Shown piece by piece: positions 10,505-21,775 of a stretch of 64,000 nucleotides of DNA. This stretch comes from an uncultured cyanobacterium (lineage in GTDB: Bacteria; Cyanobacteriota; Cyanobacteriia; Cyanobacteriales; CAWCAG01): assembly GCA_963793425.1 (NCBI GenBank), contig CAWCAG010000005.1, positions 416,001-480,000 on the forward strand, in the 5' to 3' direction. How positions within the stretch are numbered: position 1 is the first letter of the stretch; each line of letters starts with the position of its first letter. The position numbers and the translations under genes are program-made. The notes under the pieces are model-generated. The model was given only the letters and a program-made list of their open reading frames with translations, had not been told where the DNA came from and did no database searches.

Positions 10505-10876
10505 TTATCTTAAGGTCATGAATATACTAATAACAAAGATAATTAGCAAAATTACTAACCATCGATTGCGCCAACACCAATTTTTAATAGTTTGACTTAA
10601 ACTATCGGTTCTATACACAGCCCTTGCCAACTCTGCTTCCGGGGGTTTATTGATATCTTGATAAAGAGTGCAGGTTTTAGCATAGGGACGCTGAGGAAAA
10701 GTGCAAGTATCATCCTGATGATAGATGCAGTTAGGACAGAGAAAAGATTTTTCTGGGGCATGGTATAAAGGCATACCAGGATGACCAAAAGCCTTAAGCT
10801 CGTAGCCACAATGAGGGCAGCTAACTTGTTCTGCATTGATGGTTCGGTCACAGCGAGGACAATTGAACATAGGCAT
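10505..10876 (-). CDS. Zinc-ribbon membrane protein
   Basis: CPRC...CPHCG, a second four-Cys cluster and a C-terminal TM helix. Confidence 0.75.
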   Translation of the reverse strand: MPMFNCPRCDRTINAEQVSCPHCGYELKAFGHPGMPLYHAPEKSFLCPNCIYHQDDTCTFPQRPYAKTCTLYQDINKPPEAELARAVYRTDSLSQTIKNWCWRNRWLVILLIIFVISIFMTLR

Positions 10877-11001
10877 TTTGGACAGAAGGTGGTAGAGGCT
10901 AGTAGTGCAAACCGCCCCTAATTAGCTATTCAGGTAACAATTTAATTGTGCCATCATGAAAGAGTTATTTGCTTTGCTGACTTAACTATCTAAAAAGTAT
11001 T

Positions 11002-11325
11002 ATGGATGATAATAATTTTCTCAAACAACTATTAATGGTCGGTGTTGGGACAACTTCTTTAGCTGCGGAAAGATTGCGAGAAGTTAGCCAAGAATGGGTA
11101 AAAGAAGGCAAAATCAACCCCGATCAAGCTAAGGGCATGGTAGATGATCTCGTAGATCACCTCAAGTCTGAACAAGGTAACTTTGAAGGACAAATGGAGC
11201 GGCAGTTGCGTAATATGTTGCAAGATTTGGGAGTATCTCGCCAATCAGAAGTTGATGAATTGCGTGGACGCATAGATCGCTTAGAGCGTCAAGTTCGGGA
11301 TCTAGAAAACAAACTGTGGCGTTAG
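11002..11325 (+). CDS. Phasin-like coiled-coil protein
   Basis: LLMVGVGTTSL...WVKEGKIN...RQSEVDELRGRIDRLE; conserved cyanobacterial neighbour of FKBP. Confidence 0.75.
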   Translation: MDDNNFLKQLLMVGVGTTSLAAERLREVSQEWVKEGKINPDQAKGMVDDLVDHLKSEQGNFEGQMERQLRNMLQDLGVSRQSEVDELRGRIDRLERQVRDLENKLWR

Positions 11326-11368
11326 GTTGTATACTGCCAACCTGTAGCCCTCCGGTGAGGAACAGTAG

Positions 11369-11932
11369 ATGAGAGAAATATTAATTAGTTTTGGGGTAAT
11401 TGTTGCTTGTAGTTTAGTGTTGATAGTCTCTGTTTTGTTTACCAACGGCAAAGCCCAAGAGTCTATTGCTGCTGAGGTGAATCAACCTCAAGTAATAACA
11501 ACTCAAGTACCACAGGCTAAAACGACAAAAGATGCTGGGACACTTCTAGCTGCAAATATTAAAGCAAATAAGGAAAACATTGATATGGATAATGCTGTAA
11601 CAACTCCTTCAGGACTAAAATACACTGAAATTGAAGAAGGAGATGGTGCTAGCCCCAGCCAAGGACAAACCGTAGTGGTTCACTACACAGGAACCCTAGA
11701 AGATGGTACAAAGTTTGATAGTTCCCGCGATCGCAACCAACCTTTTTCTTTTAAAATTGGTGTTGGTCAGGTGATTAAAGGTTGGGATGAAGGTGTTGGT
11801 TCGATGAAAGTAGGTGGTCGCCGTCAACTTATTATTCCCTCAGAGTTAGGTTATGGAACTAGAGGTGCTGGTGGTGTAATTCCTCCTAATGCAACCTTGC
11901 TTTTTGATGTCGAACTTTTGGATATTAAGTAA
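11369..11932 (+). CDS. FKBP-type peptidyl-prolyl isomerase, exported
   Basis: VHYTGTLEDGTKFDSSRDR, VIKGWDEG, IPPNATLLFDVELL. Confidence 0.96.
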   Translation: MREILISFGVIVACSLVLIVSVLFTNGKAQESIAAEVNQPQVITTQVPQAKTTKDAGTLLAANIKANKENIDMDNAVTTPSGLKYTEIEEGDGASPSQGQTVVVHYTGTLEDGTKFDSSRDRNQPFSFKIGVGQVIKGWDEGVGSMKVGGRRQLIIPSELGYGTRGAGGVIPPNATLLFDVELLDIK

Positions 11933-11974
11933 GGATGAGGGGCAGATAGCCCCTATACTTTACCTTAGACCAAA

Positions 11975-13141
11975 ATGCAAATTTACCTCGATTACAGCGC
12001 TACCACTCCAGCTAGAGCGGAAGTTGTTGCTACGATGCAAGAAGTCCTCTCTCAGCAGTGGGGAAATCCTTCTAGCTTGCATGAATGGGGACAAAGTGCC
12101 GCAACGGTTTTAGAAACGGCTAGAATGCAAGTTGCTAGCTTAATTAATGCTTCTAACCCCGAAGAAGTTGTTTTTACCTCTGGAGGGACAGAAGCGGATA
12201 ATCTTGCCATTATGGGAGTGGTAAGGCAATATGCTACTCCTAGGCATTTAATTATTTCGACGGTGGAACATTCTGCTGTTGCTGAACCAGCTAAACTTTT
12301 GGAAAAATGGGGTTGGCAGGTTACTCGATTACCTGTTAATGAACAAGGCAGAGTTAATCCTTTAGATTTACAAGCAGCTTTGCAACCGAATACGGTTTTA
12401 GTTTCAGTTATATATGGGCAAAGCGAAGTAGGAACTTTGCAACCAATTGAAGAGTTGGCAGAAATTACTCACAATCAAGGGGTTTTGTTCCATACTGATG
12501 CAGTGCAAGTGGTTGGTAGGTTACCTATAGATGTACAAAGTTTAAAGATAGATTTACTTTCCCTTTCTGGACATAAAATTTATGGGACTCAAGGTTCCGG
12601 AGCTTTGTATATTAGAAAAGGTTTAGAATTAGTCCCTTTATTATCAGGAGGGGGACAAGAATCAAGTTTTCGTTCTGGAACTCAAGCTGTTGCTACTATA
12701 GCTGGATTAGGAATAGCAGCGGAGTTGGCAGCCACAGAAATAGCCACAGAAACACGAAGATTGAGAAAAATGCGGGATCGCCTCTTTGAACTCCTAACAG
12801 ATTGTCCTTATCTTATACCCACAGGAGATAGGTTACATAGACTTCCCCATCACCTTAGTTTTCGCTTAAGCCCCACTTCTTCTCAGATAACGGGTAAAAC
12901 TTTGGTACGCCAGTTGAATTTAGCCGGAATTGGGATTAGCGCTGGTTCAGCTTGTCACAGTGGTAAACTCTCTCCTAGCCCAATTTTACTAGCTATGGGT
13001 TATGGTGAAATAGAAGCTTTGGGGGGAATTCGTTTGAGCTTAGGCAAAGATACTACTGAAGCAGATGTCGATTGGGTGGCAATGGTGTTAAAACAAATCT
13101 TAGAACGAGTTTTTAATCCCTTAGTCTCAGCTAAAGTTTAG
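11975..13141 (+). CDS. iscS: Cysteine desulfurase (IscS/NifS family)
   Basis: YLDYSATTP, SGHK PLP lysine, SAGSAC catalytic Cys. Confidence 0.9.
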   Translation: MQIYLDYSATTPARAEVVATMQEVLSQQWGNPSSLHEWGQSAATVLETARMQVASLINASNPEEVVFTSGGTEADNLAIMGVVRQYATPRHLIISTVEHSAVAEPAKLLEKWGWQVTRLPVNEQGRVNPLDLQAALQPNTVLVSVIYGQSEVGTLQPIEELAEITHNQGVLFHTDAVQVVGRLPIDVQSLKIDLLSLSGHKIYGTQGSGALYIRKGLELVPLLSGGGQESSFRSGTQAVATIAGLGIAAELAATEIATETRRLRKMRDRLFELLTDCPYLIPTGDRLHRLPHHLSFRLSPTSSQITGKTLVRQLNLAGIGISAGSACHSGKLSPSPILLAMGYGEIEALGGIRLSLGKDTTEADVDWVAMVLKQILERVFNPLVSAKV

Positions 13142-13304
13142 TTGCTTTTTATAACCAGCAAAATCTTTTAAAATTTACCCGGTTGACCTTTCCTTAAACC
13201 GGAGTTATATAAAGTTAGTGTTAATTTAATCCCATATACTGCTGAGGGTGTCTCTACCTTATTCCCAGTCACCATCTTTTCCGTAGTGAAGACATAACTC
13301 AAGT

Positions 13305-16300
13305 ATGACTACCCTGGCAGATTATCGAATCATCGCTCAAATTTACGAGAGCAATTTTTCTGTTGTTTATCGGGCTATTAGGAATCGAGATAGTAAACCA
13401 ATTATTCTTAAGTTCCTCAAGCAAGATTATCCTAGCACTCAAGAAATTGCTAAATATAAACAGGAATATGAAATAACTCGTAATCTACGTAGTGAAGGAG
13501 TCATTCTTACCTATGGGCTACAGAAATACCAAAATACTCTAGTGATGATTTTAGAAGATTTTGGTGGTCAGTCTCTCAATTTTTTGTTTAAAAAGCAGCT
13601 TATCAGCTTAGAAGAATTTTTACAAATAGCCCTAAAAATTGTTGATATTTTAGCAGAAATTCATGATGCGGGAGTGATTCATAAAGACCTCAATTTAAGC
13701 AATATTGTTTATAATCCTGAAACCAAACAAGTCAAGATTATTGACTTTGGTATTTCTACAGTTTTTACTCAAGAAAACCCTCCCTTAAAAAATCCGCAAA
13801 TCCTAGAAGGAACTTTAGCTTATATCTCTCCTGAACAAACAGGCAGAATGAACCGTGCAATAGATTATCGCACAGATTTTTATTCAGTGGGAGTTAGTTT
13901 TTATGAGCTTTTAACTCAACAACTTCCTTTTACTGCAACCGATGCTATGGAGTTGGTACATTGTCACTTAGCAAAACAACCTCTTTCTCCTCAGCAACAT
14001 AAACCTAATATTCCTACAGTAGTTAGTAATTTAGTTATGAAGTTGATGGCTAAGAGGGCTGAGGATAGATATCAGAGTACTTGGAGTTTGAAAAAGGATC
14101 TTAGTCAATGCTTAACCCAATACCGAGAAACAGGAAAAATCGAGCTTTTTTCTTTAGGTGAACAGGACATTTCCGAACAATTTCTTTTACCTCAAAAGCT
14201 TTATGGTAGAGAAGCTGAAGTAACAAGTTTGCTGCAAAGTTTTGAGGATGTAACTAGTAATAAGAGTGAGAGAAATACTAATACCAAGAAAATTAAATTA
14301 GTTCTTGTTTCTGGTGCTTCTGGTATCGGTAAGTCAGCATTTGTCAAGGAACTATACAAACCGATTACCCAAAGACGGGGTTATTTTATTGCCGGGGAGT
14401 TTGCAGAATTTCAAAGTAATATGCCTTATACAGCTATTGCTAGTGCTTTCTCAAGCCTGGTTAAACAACTACTAACCGAAGAGCAAAATAAGCTTAATCA
14501 ATGGCGAAATAAAATTTTAGCTGCCGTTGGCAATAATGCCCAAGTGATTATTGAAGTTATTCCTGAGTTGGAATTAATTATTGGCAAACAACCGACACTA
14601 CAAAAGTTAGGTTTAATTGAATCTCAAAACCGCTTCAATCTCGTTTTCCCTAGTTTCATGCAGGTATTTTGCCAGTTAGAACATCCTTTAGTTCTCTTTT
14701 TAGATAACTTGCAATGGGTTGATAGTGCTTCTCTAAATTTAGTGGAGTTGGTTTTAGCTGATCCGAAAACTGAATACCTATTTTTAATCGGTGCTTATCG
14801 AAATAATGAGGTTGATTCTCACCATCCTCTAACAGAAAGCTGGGAAAGAATTACCCAAAGAGGAATTTCTGTACAGCAGATTAATTTAGCACCTTTAAAG
14901 CTTAACCAAGTTACTCAGTTTATTGGTGATACTCTACATCAAAATTGCCAAGAGGTAAAACTGTTAGCTGAGTTGGTATGGCAAAAAACTAGAGGTAATC
15001 CTTTTTTTATTAATCAATTCTTACAAACTCTCTATCAAAGAAAACAAATTTATTTTTGTCCCCTCGCTTCTGGAAAAGGTAAGTGGCAATGGAATTTGCC
15101 AGAAATAGAAGCTATTGCCATTACTGAAAACGTAGTTGATTTAATGGCAGCCAAGCTACAAAAGCTGCCCCAAACAACCTGTGAAATTTTAAAAATAGCA
15201 GCTTGCATCGGTAACAATTTTGCTCTTGATATTTTATCTTTGTTGCAACAAGAAAACCATAACGACATTTTTACTAGTCTCTTACCTGCAATTCAGGAAG
15301 GATTAATTGTTCCCAACTCGGATATTCCCTTAGAAACAGATTGGTTTGGTTCCTCTCTTTTAGTAGCTACCTATAAGTTTCTTCATGATAAAATCCGCTG
15401 CTCTGCTCTTGCTTTAATGGAGAGAGAACAGCGGATTAAGTTACATTGGAAAATCGGCATTATTTTATTACAAAAATATCAACTGCAAGCTGACAAAGAA
15501 GATATTTTTCTGGTAGTAGATCATCTCAATTTAGGTAAAGAGACAGTTACTGACTCGGCAAAACTTTTGCAACTAGCTCGTTTAAATCTTATAGCTAGTA
15601 AAAAAGCGAGAGATACAACAGCTTATAGAGCTGCTCGGCAATATTTAATAACAATTAAGAACAGTTTAGGAGATAGAGTTTGGCAAGATTATGCTTTAGC
15701 TTTTTCTTTATACAAAGATTTAGCTGAATTAGAATCTATTCATGGTAACTTTGAGGTAACTGAAGTATTACTAGAAGAACTTATACAACGAGCCAATTCA
15801 AATTTCAATCTTGCCGAAATATATAGAATGGCGATTGTACATTATACAGTGATATCTCAAGAAGAAAAAGCTATTGCTCTAGGAATAAAAGCTTTAGCTT
15901 TGCTAGACATTAAATTACCAGAAAATCAGGATGCACCTACAGCGATACAGCAAGGATTAGCTAAAAATGAAGAAATTATTAGCAATAGAGAAATTGCTAC
16001 TTTGGTGAATGAACCAGAAGGGACAAAATTAGATAAAAATTTAGCTATCAAAATTCTTAGTGCTTTATTGCCTCCAGCTTATCTTACTAAACAAGAAGAT
16101 TTATTTTTCTTAATTGCAACTAAAATTGTTACTCTCTCTTTGGAATATGGCTTCATTCCCGAATCATCCTATGGTGTTGTCTGTTATGGAATGCTTTGGA
16201 TGTTTAGGGAAAATAACTATCAGCAAGGCTATAAATTTGGTTTGCTTGCTCGCAATCTTAGCCACCGCTTCGGCAAGCTAGATGATGTTTGTAAAACTTG

Positions 16301-18716
16301 CTATACATTAGCTAATAATTTAATCCCTTGGGTGAAGCCTTTAAAAGAATCTGAAGCTATTTTTGAAGAAGGGTATCGTGCAGGTTTAAATGTAGGAGAG
16401 TACAATTTCGTTAGCTATATTCTCATTTATAAGTTACTGAACTCATTCTACCGCGCTCAAAACCTAGAAAAGCTACAAGAAGAAATTGCAGAAGCTTTAC
16501 AATTTGTCCATAAAATAGGTCAAAAATTAGCGATTGACACTATTACTGCTTTAGAAACCATAGTTTTAAATCTGACAGGAAAAACCGATAATAAATATAC
16601 CTTCACTAAAAAAGGATTTATAGAAAAAGATTATCTCAAAAAATGCCAACAACAAGCTAATTGTTATTCTTTATGTCATTATCATCTTCTTAAAGCCAAA
16701 CTACTCTATCTCTACGGCAAAGCCGACCTTGCTTTACAAGAGATTATCTGTGCTGGAGATATCAATTCTATTCTTCCTGGTAAGTTTCAAATAACTGAAC
16801 ACAATTTTTATCACTCCCTTTGTTTAACGGCTCTCTACTTAAAAGCTTCTCCTCAAAAGCAAAATCAGTATTGGCAACAATTAGAAAAAAATCAAACAGA
16901 AATGCAAGTTTGGGCTGATAACTGTCCGGAGAACTTCTTGGCTAAGCATCTTCTAGTTGCCGCAGAAATAGCTCGTATTAAACACAACCAAGTAGAAGCA
17001 ATCAACTTATATAACCAAGCTATTGAAGCAGCAGAAAGCAGCGATTTTTTACAAATTGAAGCTATAGGCCACGAATTAGCTGCTCAATTTTGGGCAAGGC
17101 AAAATAATCAAAGATATGCTTTTTCGCACTGGCGTGATGCCCATTATAAATATCAATTATGGGGAGCGAAGTATAAAGTAGAAGACTTAGAAAAAGAACA
17201 TCCTGAATTACTAACTTATCAACTAGGAACAGGACAATCGCCAGAAATTAATAAATCTCATACTTCCACAGTTAATACTAGTAGTAGCTCTAGCCTAGTT
17301 CTTGACTTCGTCACTGTAGTCAAAGCATCTCAAGCAATATCTGGAGAAATTGTCTTTGACAAACTTTTAGCTAACTTAATGAAGATTGCCACTGAAAATG
17401 CAGGAGCAAGGGAAGGTTATCTGCTCTTGCAAAGAGAAGATAAAATGTTAGTAGAAGCTGTAGCATCTGTAGATAACCAGGCATTGGTTTATGATACCGT
17501 ACCTATAGATGCTTGCCATAGTTTGCCTTGGACAATCATCAACTATGTAACTAGAACCCAGTTTGATGTTCTTCTTAATGATGCTGCTAGGGAAGGAGAT
17601 TTTATTAATGATCCTTATATTGCTTATAAACAACTTAAGTCAGTTCTTTGTACCCCTATTCTTAACCGAGGTAAATTACTAGGTATTTTGTATTTAGAAA
17701 ATAACCTAATTAAAGGGGCTTTTACAGAAGAGCGCCTAGAAATACTGCGTATTCTTTCTGCCCAAGCAGCTATCTCTATTGAAAATGCTTTACTCTATGC
17801 TTCTGTAGAAAATAAAGTTGCAGCCAGAACTAAAGAATTAAACAACAAAAACTTTGATTTGGCACATACTTTACAACAATTAAAACATACTCAATCTCAA
17901 CTTGTACAAAGTGAGAAAATGTCTAGCTTAGGACAAATGATAGCAGGCATTGCTCACGAAATAAATAACCCTGTTAGTTTTATTTATGGCAATATAGAAT
18001 ATGCAAGAGAATATATTCAAGACCTACTATATCTAATTAATACTTACCAAGAAGAGCATCCCCAACCTTCCCCAAAAATTCAGGAAGTCAGAGAAACTAT
18101 CGACTTAGACTTTTTAGTTCAAGACTTACAAAAACTTCTCAAATCTATGAAAGTGGGAGCAGAACGTATTCGTAATATTGTTATCTCCCTCAAAAACTTT
18201 TCGCGTCTTGATCGCCTCAAAAAAAGCCCTGTAAATCTTCATGAAGGTTTGGATAACACCATTTTAATTTTACAACATCGCTTGAGAGGAAAAGGTGAAA
18301 AACCGAGCATTAAATTAATTAAAAACTATGGCAAGCTCCCTTTAATAACCTGCTATGGCAGCCAACTAAATCAAGTATTCATGAATCTTCTTGCTAATGC
18401 AATTGATGCTTTAGAAGGTAAAGGTAGTGAACAAAACATACCCATTAAAGATCCTGAAATAACCATTTATACAGAATTAACTGCCTCAACTACAATTATC
18501 CGCATTATTGACAACGGAACCGGTATCAGCGCAGAATTACAAAGCAAAATTTTTGACCCCTTCTTTACTACAAAATCTGTGGGTTCGGGTACTGGCTTAG
18601 GCTTATCTATTAGTTATCAAATAGTTGTGGAGAAACACGGCGGTAGCCTCGCTTGCCATTCCTTTCTGGGGCAAGGGACTGAATTTATTATTGAAATTCC
18701 TTTGGCTAATAGCTGA
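13305..18716 (+). CDS. Ser/Thr kinase - AAA ATPase - GAF - histidine kinase (HstK-like)
   Basis: HKDLN/DFG/SPEQTGR kinase motifs, Walker A SGASGIGKS, GAF, IAHEINNP H-box, HATPase. Confidence 0.92.
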   Translation: MTTLADYRIIAQIYESNFSVVYRAIRNRDSKPIILKFLKQDYPSTQEIAKYKQEYEITRNLRSEGVILTYGLQKYQNTLVMILEDFGGQSLNFLFKKQLISLEEFLQIALKIVDILAEIHDAGVIHKDLNLSNIVYNPETKQVKIIDFGISTVFTQENPPLKNPQILEGTLAYISPEQTGRMNRAIDYRTDFYSVGVSFYELLTQQLPFTATDAMELVHCHLAKQPLSPQQHKPNIPTVVSNLVMKLMAKRAEDRYQSTWSLKKDLSQCLTQYRETGKIELFSLGEQDISEQFLLPQKLYGREAEVTSLLQSFEDVTSNKSERNTNTKKIKLVLVSGASGIGKSAFVKELYKPITQRRGYFIAGEFAEFQSNMPYTAIASAFSSLVKQLLTEEQNKLNQWRNKILAAVGNNAQVIIEVIPELELIIGKQPTLQKLGLIESQNRFNLVFPSFMQVFCQLEHPLVLFLDNLQWVDSASLNLVELVLADPKTEYLFLIGAYRNNEVDSHHPLTESWERITQRGISVQQINLAPLKLNQVTQFIGDTLHQNCQEVKLLAELVWQKTRGNPFFINQFLQTLYQRKQIYFCPLASGKGKWQWNLPEIEAIAITENVVDLMAAKLQKLPQTTCEILKIAACIGNNFALDILSLLQQENHNDIFTSLLPAIQEGLIVPNSDIPLETDWFGSSLLVATYKFLHDKIRCSALALMEREQRIKLHWKIGIILLQKYQLQADKEDIFLVVDHLNLGKETVTDSAKLLQLARLNLIASKKARDTTAYRAARQYLITIKNSLGDRVWQDYALAFSLYKDLAELESIHGNFEVTEVLLEELIQRANSNFNLAEIYRMAIVHYTVISQEEKAIALGIKALALLDIKLPENQDAPTAIQQGLAKNEEIISNREIATLVNEPEGTKLDKNLAIKILSALLPPAYLTKQEDLFFLIATKIVTLSLEYGFIPESSYGVVCYGMLWMFRENNYQQGYKFGLLARNLSHRFGKLDDVCKTCYTLANNLIPWVKPLKESEAIFEEGYRAGLNVGEYNFVSYILIYKLLNSFYRAQNLEKLQEEIAEALQFVHKIGQKLAIDTITALETIVLNLTGKTDNKYTFTKKGFIEKDYLKKCQQQANCYSLCHYHLLKAKLLYLYGKADLALQEIICAGDINSILPGKFQITEHNFYHSLCLTALYLKASPQKQNQYWQQLEKNQTEMQVWADNCPENFLAKHLLVAAEIARIKHNQVEAINLYNQAIEAAESSDFLQIEAIGHELAAQFWARQNNQRYAFSHWRDAHYKYQLWGAKYKVEDLEKEHPELLTYQLGTGQSPEINKSHTSTVNTSSSSSLVLDFVTVVKASQAISGEIVFDKLLANLMKIATENAGAREGYLLLQREDKMLVEAVASVDNQALVYDTVPIDACHSLPWTIINYVTRTQFDVLLNDAAREGDFINDPYIAYKQLKSVLCTPILNRGKLLGILYLENNLIKGAFTEERLEILRILSAQAAISIENALLYASVENKVAARTKELNNKNFDLAHTLQQLKHTQSQLVQSEKMSSLGQMIAGIAHEINNPVSFIYGNIEYAREYIQDLLYLINTYQEEHPQPSPKIQEVRETIDLDFLVQDLQKLLKSMKVGAERIRNIVISLKNFSRLDRLKKSPVNLHEGLDNTILILQHRLRGKGEKPSIKLIKNYGKLPLITCYGSQLNQVFMNLLANAIDALEGKGSEQNIPIKDPEITIYTELTASTTIIRIIDNGTGISAELQSKIFDPFFTTKSVGSGTGLGLSISYQIVVEKHGGSLACHSFLGQGTEFIIEIPLANS

Positions 18717-18773
18717 TACCATTTATCATTTATTAATGACTTCCGTGAAGCGGCTGACTTACCTACAAAAACC

Positions 18774-19520
18774 ATGTCTCAACTACCAACAACCTTAGAT
18801 GATGCGATCGCCCAGGCTAAACAAGCAACTCAAAAAGCTCTTAATGATGGTCATAGCTGCGTACAAATTGAATTAGTCTTAGCAGAAATAGCTCTTCAAG
18901 CTCAATATATTGCCAAGAAATTCACCCCCATACTCTCAGAATATGGTTCAGGCTTAAAAGTTTTTTTTCCTGACACAGGGGCGGCTGCTTTAGCACGTCG
19001 AGATTGGGGAGATGTACCCTTTAAAATTGAAGATATTGGTACTAGTCGCTCTCCCATAACCAGAAGAATTAGTCCAGAAGATCAAGCCTTCCTGGTTGTC
19101 AGTCCTTCATCAGTAGAAGTAGGAGAAGTAGAAAAACTTTGTAACCTGGCAGAAGATCGTCCTGTAATTATTCTTATTCCTCAGCTAGAAAACGTTTCTA
19201 TCGTCGGCATCGGCTATGCAGCCCGTCAATTGAGGGAGCGCTTCCTCAGCAATCTTTTTACTTGCTACTATGTTAGAACCTTAGAAGGGGCTGCCCTGAC
19301 ACGGTTTTATCCCTCTCCTTGGCAGGTATGGCTAGAAAAGGGAGAAGATTATGAATTAATTACTGAACTACAGCAAAAGCCTGTAGGGGAAGCATTAGAG
19401 CGTATCATCTTCTCAGCAGCTAACCCAGAGACGGATAACCAACAATCTAATTCTAATAAACCCAAGAAGAAAGGAATCTTAGCTAATATGCAAAGTTTTC
19501 TTAAAGCTTTAAGCCAATAA
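18774..19520 (+). CDS. DUF1995 family (LPA3-like) protein
   Basis: FPDTGAAALARRDWG and GIGYAARQLRERFL motifs. Confidence 0.85.
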   Translation: MSQLPTTLDDAIAQAKQATQKALNDGHSCVQIELVLAEIALQAQYIAKKFTPILSEYGSGLKVFFPDTGAAALARRDWGDVPFKIEDIGTSRSPITRRISPEDQAFLVVSPSSVEVGEVEKLCNLAEDRPVIILIPQLENVSIVGIGYAARQLRERFLSNLFTCYYVRTLEGAALTRFYPSPWQVWLEKGEDYELITELQQKPVGEALERIIFSAANPETDNQQSNSNKPKKKGILANMQSFLKALSQ

Positions 19521-19826
19521 GATAATTTTGTACTGCTACTTATTCAAATACCTGTTACCTTAGCTAGCTTTGTTTAATCGCCGAATCATGAAGTAAATGG
19601 TGACAATAATTAGGGCGATGATGAAAGTAAAAGCTGATATGTTGACAGTTGGTTTTCAAATTTTCTCCTGCTAGGATAGTAGTTGAGAATAAGGTATAGA
19701 TGACAGCGTTTGTTTTTATTTAGTATTGACAGGTTTCTTCCCGTTTAGTATTGATAGACTTCTGTTGCGAAATCTGATTTCCTCTTAATCTCGACACACA
19801 CACAGTTTTAACTTGGGACACCAACT

Positions 19827-20120
19827 ATGTCAATTTATGTAGGCAATCTCTCTTATGAGGTAACGGAAGAAGACCTCAGTAATGTTTTTGCCGAATATGG
19901 AACAGTTAAGCGGGTTCATTTACCTACAGATCGTCAAACAGGGCGTATGCGCGGCTTTGCCTTTGTGGAAATGGAATCAGAAACCGAAGAAGAAGCAGCA
20001 ATTTCTCAACTGGATGGGGCAGAGTGGATGGATCGCGAAATCAAAGTGAATAAAGCTAAACCCAGGGAAAGCGGTGGCGGTGGTGGTGGCGGCCGCAGAA
20101 ATGATCGCTCTCGCTACTAA
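19827..20120 (+). CDS. RRM RNA-binding protein (Rbp) with Gly-rich tail
   Basis: MSIYVGNLSY (RNP2), RGFAFVEM (RNP1), GGGGGGGRR. Confidence 0.96.
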   Translation: MSIYVGNLSYEVTEEDLSNVFAEYGTVKRVHLPTDRQTGRMRGFAFVEMESETEEEAAISQLDGAEWMDREIKVNKAKPRESGGGGGGGRRNDRSRY

Positions 20121-20175
20121 AGCATCCTAAGTGATTAATCAATTAAATCGACATAAAGAAAGAGGTCTTCAAGCA

Positions 20176-20214
20176 TAAATAGGGACGTAGTGTTTGTACC
20201 TGCGTCCCTATTTA
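20176..20214. terminator. Strong hairpin between convergent rbp and PII genes (bidirectional terminator or REP-like element)
   Basis: Perfect 12-bp inverted repeat TAAATAGGGACG ... CGTCCCTATTTA. Confidence 0.7.
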
Positions 20215-20232
20215 GGGAAAATTAGGTTTAAA

Positions 20233-20634
<402 letters not shown>

Positions 20635-20645
20635 TTAAAGTTTTT

Positions 20646-20659
20646 GTAGCTTCTAATAC
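20646..20659. promoter_or_regulatory. NtcA-type box upstream of the PII gene
   Basis: GTA-GCTTCTAA-TAC is an exact GTA-N8-TAC with A/T flanks, about 75 bp upstream of the start codon. Confidence 0.6.
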
Positions 20660-20681
20660 TTTGCTCAAAAATCCCCTTCAT

Positions 20682-21035
20682 TTAAAGAAAACGGCTGGTA
20701 ACGCGACCAAGAATTTGCTGAGAATCAACTAATCCAAAAGAGCGGCTATCAGTGCTAGCTAAAGTATTATCTCCTTTAAGGAAACAGGAACCATCTTCAA
20801 ATACTTTAGTCACTCTTTTAATTAAGCGTAAGTTGGCTAAATAAGGATGTTCAGCAACAACCAAATCCCCCAGCTTCGGTAGCTTGTTTTTATAAGCCCT
20901 GGTATCAACCAGAATCTCTTCCCCTGGTTGAAGCAAGGGTAACATAGAAACTCCTGTTACCCTAAACCGCCAGCGCTTCCTGAGCAGCCAAAGCAGTAGT
21001 TCTTTGGTGCTGCTTTCCCTTAATTCCCTACCCAT
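20682..21035 (-). CDS. sodX: Nickel-SOD maturation protease (S26 family)
   Basis: VTGVSMLP (Ser), LIKRV (Lys), GDN...STDSRSFG; directly after sodN. Confidence 0.93.
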   Translation of the reverse strand: MGRELRESSTKELLLWLLRKRWRFRVTGVSMLPLLQPGEEILVDTRAYKNKLPKLGDLVVAEHPYLANLRLIKRVTKVFEDGSCFLKGDNTLASTDSRSFGLVDSQQILGRVTSRFL

Positions 21036-21145
21036 TTTCCCTATAACTTAAGAAAATCAGAAACTAGGCTTCTTAATCGCTCCCCAGAGTTTTTGAGATA
21101 ACAACCAAGTAGCCCCGTTTCTATAATTCTAAGCTAATAAATTAA

Positions 21146-21619
21146 TTAGCTAGCTTTAACCCAAGCAACATCACGTTCTTTGCTTGCCCAGAACATATCA
21201 TGAATCTTATGTACAGCATCCAAAAGTTCATTGGCGTGTTGTGAGCTGACTTCTACTTTACAAGAAGAGCAGAGTTTAGCTGCTTTCCAGAAAGTGTCAT
21301 GTAAATCAGGATACTTATCTAAGTGTACTGGCTTAAAGTAGTCAGTCCAGAGAATGAGTATTTCTTCTTTAGCTTTTTGAGCTTGCTCTTCTTTAATCGC
21401 TACATAGCGAGAGAAGGTGTTGTTATAAGCAACTAAAGCTTTTTTGTCGCTAGGATCAGGAACTTCAAGATCGAGAAGCTTTTTAGTCATGGAAACTACA
21501 GCTTCTGTATAAATTCTAGCAGCAGCAGGATCATAAACACCGCAAGGTCCATCGCAGTGAGCGCTTACTTCCTGAGCTGGAAAGCAATTTTTTATTATTG
21601 AAGCAAATTTTTTGAGCAT
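21146..21619 (-). CDS. sodN: Nickel superoxide dismutase precursor
   Basis: Leader followed by the Ni-hook HCDGPCGVYDP; ILWTDYFK. Start moved to ATG 21619. Confidence 0.97.
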   Translation of the reverse strand: MLKKFASIIKNCFPAQEVSAHCDGPCGVYDPAAARIYTEAVVSMTKKLLDLEVPDPSDKKALVAYNNTFSRYVAIKEEQAQKAKEEILILWTDYFKPVHLDKYPDLHDTFWKAAKLCSSCKVEVSSQHANELLDAVHKIHDMFWASKERDVAWVKAS

Positions 21620-21775
21620 GGTATTTATCTTGTTCGCTAGTTTGTAAGTGCTGTCTGCAAATATTTTCGCACAGAGAGGTGTGTAATCACTTACCATTTA
21701 ATATCCCCCCCCTACCCATCTAGCTTAATGTGATTCAGGTAAGGGAGCAAGGTTATGAATTGTTACGTTGAGAAG

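Noticed and set aside
4609..11726. HIP1-free stretch as a sign of horizontal transfer
   Set aside because: It includes core genes (psbH, psbN, tatA); a gap of this size is plausible by chance at about one site per 2 kb.
11889..12113. 74-aa ORF bridging FKBP and the cysteine desulfurase
   Set aside because: Out-of-frame overlap of two well-supported genes.
11975..13141. nifS / nitrogen fixation
   Set aside because: No nifB, nifU or nifH nearby; housekeeping context.
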